Shown one piece after another: positions 39,249 through 48,828 of a stretch of DNA of 64,000 nucleotides. Both the position numbers and the translations under genes were made by a program. Origin of the DNA: an uncultured Bacilli bacterium (GTDB taxonomy: Bacteria; Bacillota_I; Bacilli_A; RFN20; CAG-826); contig CAKUXV010000001.1 of the NCBI GenBank assembly GCA_934700895.1, positions 60,070-124,069 of the forward strand, in the 5' to 3' direction. The notes under the pieces were generated by a model. The model did no database searches, had not been told where the DNA came from, and worked only from the letters and a program-made list of their open reading frames with translations. Position 1 is the stretch's first letter, and the number at the start of each line of letters is the position of its first letter.

Positions 39249-41102
39249 ATGGCACATAAAATCCTCGAACTCAGAAACATCAAAAAATCCTATGGCGATA
39301 ACGTCATTTTGGATCACTACAACCTCTCGGTGAACGAGAATGAATTCGTGACCTTTTTAGGCCCGTCCGGATGTGGCAAGACCACGATTCTCCGCATCAT
39401 CGGAGGATTTGAAACCATGCAGGAGGGGCAACTCCTTTTAGACGGGGTGGAAATTCAGGATTTGCCCGCGCATAAACGCCCAATCAACACGGTTTTCCAA
39501 CGTTATTCCCTTTTCCCTCATCTTTCGATTTTCGATAACATCGCGTTCGGGCTCCGCAACAACGTCTATTCCAATGTTTACGACATCGGAACCATGAACA
39601 TGATGAACGAGAAGGGCTTTGATGAAGAAGAGGTGGATAGCCTCATGAAAATCCTCTCCCACATCGAAAAGCCGAAAGACGTTTTGCATTATGTCGTGAG
39701 CCATTTCCAAGAGGCTTCCCCCTCCTATAAGCTTAGCGATGCTTTTGCCGCGTTGAAGAAAACGAAAAAACCCAAAACGTATGGGGAAATTAGCAAGGAC
39801 GTGGAGGAGATTTTAAAAGGCTTATCTTTGGATAACCATTACCAAATCGACGCTTCATCCAAAGCGAACTTGGCTTTAGGCATCATTTTGAAACAAGTGG
39901 AATCCACAGACCCCTACTTTGATATGATTTCCCGTCTCAAGGACCGTCATTTCAAAGAAAACGTAATTCATGGGGAAGTTTTAAAAGCCCTGAAATTCGT
40001 AAACCTCGAAGGATACGAAAATCGTAGCATCACCTCGTTATCCGGCGGTCAGATGCAGCGCGTTGCCATCGCTAGGGCCATCGTGAATAAACCCCGTATT
40101 TTACTTTTGGACGAACCCTTGTCCGCCTTGGATTTAAAACTCCGCAAGGCGATGCGCCTAGAGCTTCGCGAAATGCAAAGGAAGCTGGGCATCACCTTTA
40201 TTTTCGTCACCCACGATCAAGAAGAAGCGATGGTTATGTCCGATACGGTGGTGGTCATGAATGGGGGCAAAATCCAACAGATGGGTCGCCCCGAAGACAT
40301 CTACAATGCCCCGGTGAACCGCTTTGTCGCCACCTTTATCGGGGAAGCCAATTTGCTTCGTGGTGTCTATAGCGCCCCCCGCCGCTTGGATATTTTGGGG
40401 AAGACCTTCAAGGTTTCCGCGGATGATTTCCGCGTGGGAGACCCGATGTATGTGGTTGTTGAAAAAGAAGACTTCGATGTTTGCTCCCCTGAAATCGCCA
40501 AATGGATTGGCAAGGTAAGTGGAGTCCGCTTCGCCGACAACAAATATGAACTCGACGTGGACATCGAATCCTCTCGCATCCATGTAGAAACCGACGAAAA
40601 ATACCAAGTGGGTCAAGAAATCCCCTTAACGGTCGCCCCCGGGAACATCTATTGCGAATCCATCCATGAAAACAAAGCCAAACTTTTGGCCAATTATGAA
40701 GGGGCGAACATCATGGAAGGAACTTATCTTGGAAACCGCAGGGTTTCTTTCCTGGGTCAGAATTTCTTCACCTACATCATGAATTTTGTTCCCGGAGAAG
40801 TCGTGGATGCAGTCATCCGTCCGGAAGACTTCGATTTGGTTTTCGACGATCCGGAAAGCGCGATTCTCCACGGAACGGTGGTCAAAACGGCTTTCACAGG
40901 GGTCTCTTTCAACCTTTGGATTCAATGCGAAGGAACCACTTTGATGGTGACGGACTATCAAAATGCCGAAATTGGGCAGGAAGTCGGACTCAAAATCGAC
41001 TTTTATGAAATTCACTTGATGAAAGTGGAAGACGAAGAACAACCCCGGGATATTCGCCTTCTTCGCGAGAAGGCTCGGAAAGAGGAGGAAGCAGCCCAAT
41101 GA
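39249..41102 (+). CDS. potA: Spermidine/putrescine ABC transporter ATPase PotA, Mollicutes-type with a large internal insertion (617 aa)
   Basis: Walker A GPSGCGKTT and Q-loop TVFQRYSLFPH are present. An insert of about 130 aa follows before the signature LSGGQMQRVAIARA. Walker B is ILLLDEPLSALD. The C-terminus has two TOBE-like regions. Confidence 0.85.
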   Translation: MAHKILELRNIKKSYGDNVILDHYNLSVNENEFVTFLGPSGCGKTTILRIIGGFETMQEGQLLLDGVEIQDLPAHKRPINTVFQRYSLFPHLSIFDNIAFGLRNNVYSNVYDIGTMNMMNEKGFDEEEVDSLMKILSHIEKPKDVLHYVVSHFQEASPSYKLSDAFAALKKTKKPKTYGEISKDVEEILKGLSLDNHYQIDASSKANLALGIILKQVESTDPYFDMISRLKDRHFKENVIHGEVLKALKFVNLEGYENRSITSLSGGQMQRVAIARAIVNKPRILLLDEPLSALDLKLRKAMRLELREMQRKLGITFIFVTHDQEEAMVMSDTVVVMNGGKIQQMGRPEDIYNAPVNRFVATFIGEANLLRGVYSAPRRLDILGKTFKVSADDFRVGDPMYVVVEKEDFDVCSPEIAKWIGKVSGVRFADNKYELDVDIESSRIHVETDEKYQVGQEIPLTVAPGNIYCESIHENKAKLLANYEGANIMEGTYLGNRRVSFLGQNFFTYIMNFVPGEVVDAVIRPEDFDLVFDDPESAILHGTVVKTAFTGVSFNLWIQCEGTTLMVTDYQNAEIGQEVGLKIDFYEIHLMKVEDEEQPRDIRLLREKARKEEEAAQ

Positions 41103-41899
41103 AACGATTCAAAGGGTACGCGGTCCCCTATTTTGTTTGGCTGGTCCTCTTCGTCGTGGTTCCGCTATTCGTCATGCTGATTTTGACGTTTTTGCAAATC
41201 AACGCGATGGATTTTTCTACGGCTAGTTTTTCTTTTGACTCCTATTTCCGTTTAGCCGACCCTTCCATTTTAAAGGCATTATGGAATTCGCTGGTGGTTG
41301 CCGTGTCGACGGTGGCCATCTGCTTATTGCTTGGCTATCCCACCGCTTATTTCCTTTCGTTTTCCAAACTAAAGAACAAGAAGCTCGTGCTGCTGCTTAT
41401 GATTCTTCCCATGTGGAGCAATTCCATGCTTCGCATCGTCAGCTGGCTTCGTTTGTTCTCCACGGATTTGTTCGCCGCGATGAATCTATTAGGTTCTACG
41501 GGCGCGGTCATCGCCGTCACGGTGACGACCTATCTCCCCTTCATGATTTTCCCGATTTATACGATTTTGGAGAAACTGGACCGCAGCTGCCTGGAGGCCT
41601 CTCGCGATTTGGGCGTGAATGCGTTTAAGACGTTCTTCAAAGTGACGCTCCCCCTATCGATGGAAGGCGTTTCTAGCGGGATCTTAATGGTTTTCCTCCC
41701 TGCCGCGACGGGATTTGCCATTTCCCAGACGATTGGACAAGGAAGGATAAGATTAGTAGGTAACCTCATTCAAAGTGTTTTTGAGAAAAACAATTACAGT
41801 TTTGGCTCCTTGCTTTCTTTGTTTGTCTCCGTCGTGATTTTGGCTTTGGTGTTTGTCATGACTAAAATTCAAAGCCAGAAGAGGAGGGTTGTATGCTAG
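41099..41899 (+). CDS. potB: Spermidine/putrescine ABC transporter permease PotB
   Basis: Six-TM ABC permease carrying the EAA-like loop (LEASRDLGVNAFKTFFKVTLP). Confidence 0.8.
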   Translation: MKRFKGYAVPYFVWLVLFVVVPLFVMLILTFLQINAMDFSTASFSFDSYFRLADPSILKALWNSLVVAVSTVAICLLLGYPTAYFLSFSKLKNKKLVLLLMILPMWSNSMLRIVSWLRLFSTDLFAAMNLLGSTGAVIAVTVTTYLPFMIFPIYTILEKLDRSCLEASRDLGVNAFKTFFKVTLPLSMEGVSSGILMVFLPAATGFAISQTIGQGRIRLVGNLIQSVFEKNNYSFGSLLSLFVSVVILALVFVMTKIQSQKRRVVC

Positions 41900-42729
41900 A
41901 AAAATCGAACTGGAAGCAGATTCTGCTCTCCGTTTTCAAGGTCGTCTTCGTCGTGTTGGTGCTTTCTTCGATGTACGTCCCCGTTGTTTTAATCATTTAT
42001 CAATCTTTCAATGCCGGGGCCAATTCCATTTCGCCCCTTTCTTGGGGAGGGTTCACTTGGAAGAATTACGCGGAAATTTTCACGAATCGACAGCTATATA
42101 CTTCGATTTTAGACTCCCTTCTCGTTTCTTTTTGGGCGACCGTTTTAGCTACCGTTGGCGGATTATTCGCCTCCATCGGCATCCATGCCTTGGGAAAGAA
42201 AACCCGCAAAACGATGGATTTCTTAAATGAGATACCGATGCTCAACTCCGAAATTGTCACTGGTATTTCCATCATGCTCGTTTGCTCCTTGGTCAAACCG
42301 ATTTTCCCTCATATTTTTGGTTTTGCTTCCATGACCTTGGCCCACGTCTTCTTCATGATTCCCTATGTCATTTTGATGGTTTTGCCGAAACTAGAGCAAA
42401 CGGATGAAGCGGTTTTTGAAGCGGCTCAGGATTTGGGTTGCAGCCCGACAAAATCCCTCTTCAAAGTCGTGATTCCGAGCTTATCCACCGCTATTTTGAC
42501 GGGGGCCCTCATTGCTTTTACCTTGTCGATCGATGACTTTGTAATTTCTTTCTACACCCAAGGAAACGGCTTTTCCAATTTCTCCAACTACGTTTATAGC
42601 TCTTATACCAAAAAGAATTTTTCCGCGGGGAGCTATGCCTTTAACGCCTTATTGACGTTTGTGACGTTGGGCATCGTTCTTGCTTATTCCCTTTATGAAT
42701 CGTCCAAAAAGAAGGGGGAGAAAGAATGA
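41893..42729 (+). CDS. potC: Spermidine/putrescine ABC transporter permease PotC
   Basis: ABC permease with an EAA loop (FEAAQDLGCSPTKSLFKVVIP). Confidence 0.8.
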   Translation: MLEKSNWKQILLSVFKVVFVVLVLSSMYVPVVLIIYQSFNAGANSISPLSWGGFTWKNYAEIFTNRQLYTSILDSLLVSFWATVLATVGGLFASIGIHALGKKTRKTMDFLNEIPMLNSEIVTGISIMLVCSLVKPIFPHIFGFASMTLAHVFFMIPYVILMVLPKLEQTDEAVFEAAQDLGCSPTKSLFKVVIPSLSTAILTGALIAFTLSIDDFVISFYTQGNGFSNFSNYVYSSYTKKNFSAGSYAFNALLTFVTLGIVLAYSLYESSKKKGEKE

Positions 42730-43934
42730 AAAAGATCATCATCGGCCTCATGGGCTTATCCTTATTTACCGTTTTTGCTGTGTTGGTCCTCGCCTCGCCT
42801 TCGAATATCCTTTATTTCCTGAACTGGGGCGAATACATCGATATGAGCCTTGTGGAGCGTTTTGAGCAAGAAAAGAATTGCCAAGTGATTTTAGAAACCG
42901 TCACTTCCAGCGAAGCCATGTATCAAAAAATCACTTCGGGGACGACCCCTTATGATGTAGCAATCCCCGGGGATTACACGGTTCAAACCCTTTATAAAGA
43001 GGGGCGTCTCAAGGAACTCGATGTTACGAATCCTGATTATCCTCATTTATCTGCCTATCAAACGATGTTCGTGGATCCGCTTCATGCGTTAACTTCCGAA
43101 TATATGGTGGATTCTAAAAAGGAGGGATACGCCTCCTATTACATGCCTTATTTTTATGGGGCCTATTCGATTTTCTATTCGGATAATAACCCAGAAGTGG
43201 GCCAAGTCATTCGGGAAAACGGCATCTCTTCTTTGTATAATCCTGGCCTTTATTCCTCCAAACCCAAAATTGGAATGTACGATACGGCAAGGTGGGTGGT
43301 CGCGAGCGCTTTAATGGCAGACCATCTGAACCCCAATATTACGGATTTAAGCGGCAATACGGAGGGAAATGACCTATCCAGCGAACTTCAAAATAAACTC
43401 GTGAGCCAAATCCAAAACGCGGGATTCTATGAGTTTGGCAACGACCAATTGAAGCGAGATTGTGCGAATGGTTCGATCGATGCCTGCTTCTCCCAACTTG
43501 GGGACTTCTTCGACGCGTTATACCTTCTGCTAGAAGAAGGTTCGGAAGTGCATTTCAACGTCTTTGTTCCCGACTTCACCGCGGCTTTCTTTGATTCCAT
43601 GGTGATTCCTTCCACCTCCCGCAACAGCAAACTGGCCAATGCGTTTATCGACTTTATGATGAACCCGGATAACGCTTATCAAAACGCGAGGGCAATCGGC
43701 TATAGCCCCACCTTAAAAGAAGTGTGCTCCCGTTTTGAAAAAGAGGCGGATAAAGGCGAATATTATTATGGGGATGAAACAACGGAAACTTCCCTTGCCC
43801 TTCGTGATTTTTTGGATCGTTATCCCATTTATCTCGATCCTTTAGGCCATTCGAGCCAAGTTTATATTTTGGAACCCAAATCCAACCAATATCTCACAAC
43901 CTGCGAATCCATTTTCAATCGCGCTTTAGCCTAA
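42726..43934 (+). CDS. potD: Spermidine/putrescine-binding periplasmic-type protein PotD
   Basis: 402 aa with a signal peptide and the YFLNWGEYID motif typical of PotD/PotF solute-binding proteins. Last gene of the pot operon. Confidence 0.75.
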   Translation: MKKIIIGLMGLSLFTVFAVLVLASPSNILYFLNWGEYIDMSLVERFEQEKNCQVILETVTSSEAMYQKITSGTTPYDVAIPGDYTVQTLYKEGRLKELDVTNPDYPHLSAYQTMFVDPLHALTSEYMVDSKKEGYASYYMPYFYGAYSIFYSDNNPEVGQVIRENGISSLYNPGLYSSKPKIGMYDTARWVVASALMADHLNPNITDLSGNTEGNDLSSELQNKLVSQIQNAGFYEFGNDQLKRDCANGSIDACFSQLGDFFDALYLLLEEGSEVHFNVFVPDFTAAFFDSMVIPSTSRNSKLANAFIDFMMNPDNAYQNARAIGYSPTLKEVCSRFEKEADKGEYYYGDETTETSLALRDFLDRYPIYLDPLGHSSQVYILEPKSNQYLTTCESIFNRALA

Positions 43935-43987
43935 TCCCCCTTTCTTTTATTCCGTGATACAATCATCGCGAAAGGAGGAAATGATTT

Positions 43988-44659
43988 ATGAAACTCGTCC
44001 GCAAATCTTTAAATAAATGGATCCAAGCCGCCATCATGTTGGTTGTTGGTATTTTGGTGATCGTCGCCGGAGCCCAAATGGGCAAGGGGTCGAACCCTGG
44101 CGATGCACTCAATGCTATCTCCCTTGTTTTGGGCTGGACTCTCATTGTGATTGGATCGATTGGAATCATTGCAGGCATTTTCGCAGCTGTGGTTAGCCAT
44201 GAGGCTTTCGCTACCGCGGCGATGTCTGGGGGGATCATCCTTGCCGCCGGCATTTGGTTCTGCGTTTATCGCGAAGCCGCCAACCTTATGGGTGTTCTTA
44301 TCGGATTCGTCCCATTCGTGATGATTGTCGTTGGGTGCATTTTGGCCGTTGATGCGATGCTATTAGTGGTCAACGCCATTCGCCAAAAGGCCATGAAAAC
44401 GGCTCTTCCGGCGGTGATTTTCGGCGTGATTATGGCCGTTGTTTCCATTGTTCTTGGCGCGCTTTGCATTGCCAAAAGCAATAGCGGAGACACCATCATC
44501 CCCGGAAACGTGCAGCTCATCATCTTTGGCATCGTCGTCTTGGTCTATGCCATTTTTATGGGCCTGTCCACCTTCGTCGTGCTTCCCGGCGCGACGGTTG
44601 TGATTTCCAAAACCATTCAGCCAGATGCCCCGATTGAAGGGGAAGTCGATAACGAATAA
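43988..44659 (+). CDS. Membrane protein, HdeD/DUF308-like (repeated small-residue TM helices)
   Basis: 223 aa with 6-7 TM helices rich in G/A/I/V and repeated GI..AGI motifs. AAAGGAGG RBS. Confidence 0.5.
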   Translation: MKLVRKSLNKWIQAAIMLVVGILVIVAGAQMGKGSNPGDALNAISLVLGWTLIVIGSIGIIAGIFAAVVSHEAFATAAMSGGIILAAGIWFCVYREAANLMGVLIGFVPFVMIVVGCILAVDAMLLVVNAIRQKAMKTALPAVIFGVIMAVVSIVLGALCIAKSNSGDTIIPGNVQLIIFGIVVLVYAIFMGLSTFVVLPGATVVISKTIQPDAPIEGEVDNE

Positions 44660-44673
44660 TTCGTTGAACTTTT

Positions 44674-44716
44674 AACGCCTTTGTTCAAGGTATTACCTTT
44701 GCAAGGGCGTTTTTTA
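44674..44716 (+). terminator. Rho-independent terminator after the pot/DUF308 transcription unit
   Basis: ACGCCTTTG...CAAGGGCGT hairpin (one G-U pair) followed by TTTTTT. Confidence 0.55.
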
Positions 44717-44876
44717 TCCTCAAAAAGGCATTAATTACCATTATTTCTTTAAAACTTTATTTGTTTCATAAGCGACGGTACTATTAAAGTAACATTGAAA
44801 TAATTCGATGCTAACGAAATATTTAACGAAACGATTGGCTATTTAAAGTCTATTTTTGGTGAAACAATCGTGATGA

Positions 44877-45771
44877 ATGAATATTAAAACGAAGCTTCAT
44901 TACCCCACTTTTTACAGACGAATTATGCGTTTTGCCAATTGGAGTGGGACGGCAATTCTTGCGTTTTGCTTCGACCTTTCTTTGCTTGAAATAAAAACAA
45001 TATTTTTTTCCAAAAAACTGTGTGTGTTCCTGCGCTTTATGCGAGGATGGGCTCACGGCTTTGCAAAGAAGAAATCTCGTGGAAAGCCATGTCTCTTTTG
45101 TTTCCTCGTTTTAACAGGCTTATTTCCCATTTTGGGGATGTTTGTTTCAGGAAAGAACCGAGGCGCCTTCTCTCCCATTCTCGGAAAAGATGGTTCCCGG
45201 TACACAAGCCGTATTTTGTATCTTTATTATTGTGATGGTTCGCATCCAGTTAATTTGAACCGCGTGGCTAAGGACCTTTCCGTTTCGAAGACAACATGCA
45301 CTCGAGCTTTCGACGATCATTTGGCTTTTAGCCTTATTAACCAGAAAAAAGAAGGAGTGAACAAATGGATTCCTCCTGCGTTTTCAAAGGATGAATATCT
45401 AAAAAGGGGATATCCGAAAATGAAATCCTCCGTTCATTGTATGCTCTTCATAAACCCGGGCAATCATTTCCCTATAAACTCATTGAGGGGTTCGGGCTTT
45501 ATCGGAAAAAACTGAATTGGCTACGAACTCCATGGATGGCGCCGTTGTTATTTCCAAGGAGGAAGAAAAACAATTTCCTCTCATCGCCTTTGCAGTCGAT
45601 GTGATTTTGAAGATTACGGAGGGGAAGTGGTGGAAGTTTGGCCTTATGACCCATCTTTTCTCCAAACAATCTCATGTCGATGACATTTCCTTATTGCGCA
45701 GCATTAAGGACAATTCGGACGAACGAATTCAAAATCCCTCGACCAAATTCGTGCCAAACGCGGATTACTAA
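44877..45771 (+). pseudogene. Decayed gene fragments containing an HTH segment (frameshifted)
   Basis: ORF 44877-45515 carries an HTH-like stretch (VNLNRVAKDLSVSKTTCTRAF) but has a low-complexity N-terminus. It ends at a TGA, and the next ORF continues in the +1 frame from 45517. No intact gene can be reconstructed. Confidence 0.3.
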
Positions 45772-45785
45772 CCAAATAAACAAAC

Positions 45786-46539
45786 GTTAAAGGAGAACTA
45801 TTTTGAACGGAATTTAGATTTTTCAGAGTATTTTAATCATTTTAAAGACCAATATACCGTCATTGGCAACGTGGTTTGCAACCTGTTGATGGATGAGGTC
45901 GGTTTGCCATTTCACCAAACGGTTGATATCGATATGGTTTTGATTGTTGAGGATTTGACGCTGGAATTTGCCAAGGCGTTTTGGGATTTTATTCAAGCGG
46001 GCGAATATCGGATAAAAAGGTGAAGGAATGGCCAACCACAGTTTTATCGGTTTTCCCATCCAAAAAATTTGGCGTTTCCCAAAATGATTGAGCTTTTTTC
46101 TCGCACTAAACCCCCGTTATCCTGCATCCGGATTCCCATTTGACATCGCTTCACGTAGACGAAGAAATATCGAGTTTGTTCTGCTATTCTTCTCAATGAT
46201 GACTATTATCACTTTCTTCTGAATGGAAGAATGGTTTCGGATGATGTTTCTATTTTGAATGCTGAACATATTATCCCCTTCAAAATGAAAGCGTTGTGAA
46301 CCTCAAAAGCAAAAAAAGAGAAGGGACACACGTCGATGGCCGCGATATTAAGAAAACATTGCTTGGATGCTTTTCGACTATCTCGGTTGGTTTCCGTCTC
46401 TCCCAAAATTTTGGCATCCTCCTCGATTCAATCCGGTGCTGATGCGTTTATTCGCCAAATAAGCGAAGAAGAATTAGGAATTCGCGAATCGAAAGAAGAA
46501 ATTTTAAATCGCTTGCAACAAATTTACGTTTCAAAATAA
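45786..46539 (+). pseudogene. Frameshifted nucleotidyltransferase-fold gene remnant
   Basis: Segments YTVIGNVVCNLLMDEVGLPFHQTVDIDMVLIVEDL (minimal nucleotidyltransferase-like D.D motif), then ...ILNAEHIIPFKMKAL and ...AAILRKHCLDAFRL are read in three different frames and separated by stops. Confidence 0.4.
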
Positions 46540-46613
46540 GGGAAAAAGGGATAAAGGTTTATAAGGCCTCGTTTTTTCTTTATACTTTTCTTCAAGGACG
46601 AAGGGAGATTTCC

Positions 46614-47444
46614 ATGTCACGTGCAGACCGCATTTTTATTGATAATATGAAGGATATTTTGGAGAACGGAGTTTGGGATACCGATTATCCCGTCCGTCCT
46701 CATTGGGCGGATGGGGCCCCTGCCCATACCATTAAGAAATTTGGCATCGTGAATCGTTATGACTTGCAAGAAGAACTGCCGATTCTTACGATTCGCCGCA
46801 CCGCATTCAAAAGCTGCTTGGATGAATTACTTTGGATTTGGCAAAAAAAATCGAATAATGTCCATGACCTCCATAGCCACATCTGGGATTCTTGGGCGGA
46901 TGAAACGGGATCGATTGGCAAAGCCTATGGATACCAGCTCGCCAAGAAGTCGATTTATCCCGAGGGCGAATTCGACCAAGTGGATCGCGTCCTTTTCGAT
47001 TTGAAGAACAATCCGCACAGCCGTCGCATCATGACGAACATCTACAATTTTGAAGACCTCCATGAGATGAATCTTTACCCCTGCGCCTATTCGATGACCT
47101 TCAACGTTTCTGGAGACAAACTCAATGGCATCTTGAACCAACGTTCTAACGATATGTTGACTGCGAATAACTGGAACGTGCTCCAATATTCCCTTCTTTT
47201 GATGATGTTTGCCCAGGTCAGCGGCTTAAAGCCCGGCATCTTGCTCCACGTGATTTCCGACGCGCATATTTATGACCGGCACATCGATATCGTGAAGGAA
47301 GTGATCTCCAAGCCCGAGCACCCCGCGCCCAAGCTCATCATCAATCCCAACATCAAGAGTTTCTATGACTTCAAAGTTGAGGATTTCGAACTCGTCGATT
47401 ATGAATTCGAGACCTTGGATAAAAAGATTCCGGTGGCCATCTAA
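46614..47444 (+). CDS. thyA: Thymidylate synthase (ThyA family)
   Basis: Collinear with ThyA: LLWIW..., WADETGSIG.AYGYQ, NPHSRRI, catalytic PC(A)..., NQRSNDM, and a C-terminal ...IPVAI shared with E. coli ThyA. folA follows. Confidence 0.8.
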   Translation: MSRADRIFIDNMKDILENGVWDTDYPVRPHWADGAPAHTIKKFGIVNRYDLQEELPILTIRRTAFKSCLDELLWIWQKKSNNVHDLHSHIWDSWADETGSIGKAYGYQLAKKSIYPEGEFDQVDRVLFDLKNNPHSRRIMTNIYNFEDLHEMNLYPCAYSMTFNVSGDKLNGILNQRSNDMLTANNWNVLQYSLLLMMFAQVSGLKPGILLHVISDAHIYDRHIDIVKEVISKPEHPAPKLIINPNIKSFYDFKVEDFELVDYEFETLDKKIPVAI

Positions 47445-47445
47445 A

Positions 47446-47970
47446 ATGGGAAAATTAATCGAAATACTAAACGCCGACAAGAAGTTCGGCATTGGAAAGA
47501 AGAATGGACTATTGTTCCATCTTCCTTTGGATATGGCTTTCTTTCGCAAGACGACGATGGGCCATGTTTGTGCCATGGGTGAGAACACGTTGCTCTCCTT
47601 TCCGGGCCAAAAACCATTAAAGGGACGTCCTAGCATCGTTTTGTCCCATGACCGCACCCATGAATATGAAGGGGTCACGAACGTCCATTCGATGGAGGAA
47701 TTTCTATCTAGCATCGTTCAAGCGTTAGAAGAACAAGATGTCTACGTCATCGGCGGGGCTTCCATTTACCGTCAATTGCTTCCTTATTCTGACGAAGTCC
47801 TTTTAACCAAGGTCGACGCGGATGGAGGGGCGGAAGTCTTTTTCGAAAACCTCGACGAAAATCCCGATTGGGAATGCGTGGAAGCAGGGGACCCGATTCA
47901 AGACGGAGGCATCACGATTCGTTTCACCCAATACGTAAATCGTCATAAAAAGAGCCTTTGCAACCGTTAG
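47446..47970 (+). CDS. folA: Dihydrofolate reductase
   Basis: About 175 aa. N-terminus has LEILNADKKFGIGKKNGLLFHLPLDMAFFRKTT, and the GGASIY motif is present. Immediately downstream of thyA. Confidence 0.85.
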   Translation: MGKLIEILNADKKFGIGKKNGLLFHLPLDMAFFRKTTMGHVCAMGENTLLSFPGQKPLKGRPSIVLSHDRTHEYEGVTNVHSMEEFLSSIVQALEEQDVYVIGGASIYRQLLPYSDEVLLTKVDADGGAEVFFENLDENPDWECVEAGDPIQDGGITIRFTQYVNRHKKSLCNR

Positions 47971-48053
47971 TTGCGGATTTGACTAGCAGAATACCTAGAC
48001 CGTAAACCGGAAGAAACACTACGCTGGATGCACCTTCCAAGGAGGAAGAGATT

Positions 48054-48749
48054 ATGAATATCGAAATTGCCAATCGCCTCGTCGAGCTCCGCAAAAAATC
48101 GGGGCTATCTCAAGAAGAACTCGCGTCCAAATTAGGGTTGTCCCGCCAAGCCGTTTCCAAATGGGAACGCGCGGAAGCAAGCCCAGACACGGATAACTTA
48201 ATTGTTTTGGCTCAAATCTATCACATTTCTTTGGATGACCTACTTTCCACGGATACGCCCGTTGATGAAATCGTTCAAGACGTGAAAGACCAACAAGAAG
48301 AGAAGAAAGAAGAACCGGAGGCTGTAGAACCCCAAAAAGATGACGACGCTTGCTTAACCCCAAACCAAAAGATTGCCAAGGCGATCGTCCACGGGGTATT
48401 TGCTTTCCTTGGCGTTTCTTCTTTCCTTCTTGCTGGATTTCTTTGGAAAGGAAACCAGGGGTATTTAGGTTGGAAGTGTGGTTGGACCTTCTTGTTGCTA
48501 GGAGAATTTATTGCTTCCATTTCCGATGCGGTTTTGAAAAAGAAAGCCACCTCGGTCAATGTCGTTTTCCTTTGCGTTGCCCTTTATTGCCTCACCTGCT
48601 TTATCCTCCAAGATCAAGGAACGAATTGGTTCCATCCATTATGGGTCATTTTCCTATTGATTCCTGCCTACTATGGAATTGCCGGGTCGGTAGAAAAGGC
48701 GATGGCGGCGAAAGAAGAAGCCGCTAAAACGACAGATTCTACGAAATAA
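48054..48749 (+). CDS. XRE-family HTH protein with a C-terminal 4-TM membrane domain
   Basis: N-terminal HTH_XRE (LRKKSGLSQEELASKLGLSRQAVSKWERAEASP), an acidic linker, then four hydrophobic helices. Confidence 0.7.
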   Translation: MNIEIANRLVELRKKSGLSQEELASKLGLSRQAVSKWERAEASPDTDNLIVLAQIYHISLDDLLSTDTPVDEIVQDVKDQQEEKKEEPEAVEPQKDDDACLTPNQKIAKAIVHGVFAFLGVSSFLLAGFLWKGNQGYLGWKCGWTFLLLGEFIASISDAVLKKKATSVNVVFLCVALYCLTCFILQDQGTNWFHPLWVIFLLIPAYYGIAGSVEKAMAAKEEAAKTTDSTK

Positions 48750-48828
48750 TCAGCAAAATGCAGGAACGTGACGGGGCCGATAGGCCTCCGTTTCTTTTTG
48801 AAAGAGATATGCTAAAATACGGCCACTT

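Noticed and set aside
44877-45300. N-terminal 140 aa of ORF 44877-45515 as a real protein
   Set aside because: Phe/Cys/Leu-rich low-complexity translation of AT-rich DNA. Only the C-terminal HTH-like part looks coding, so the whole is treated as a pseudogene fragment rather than a gene.
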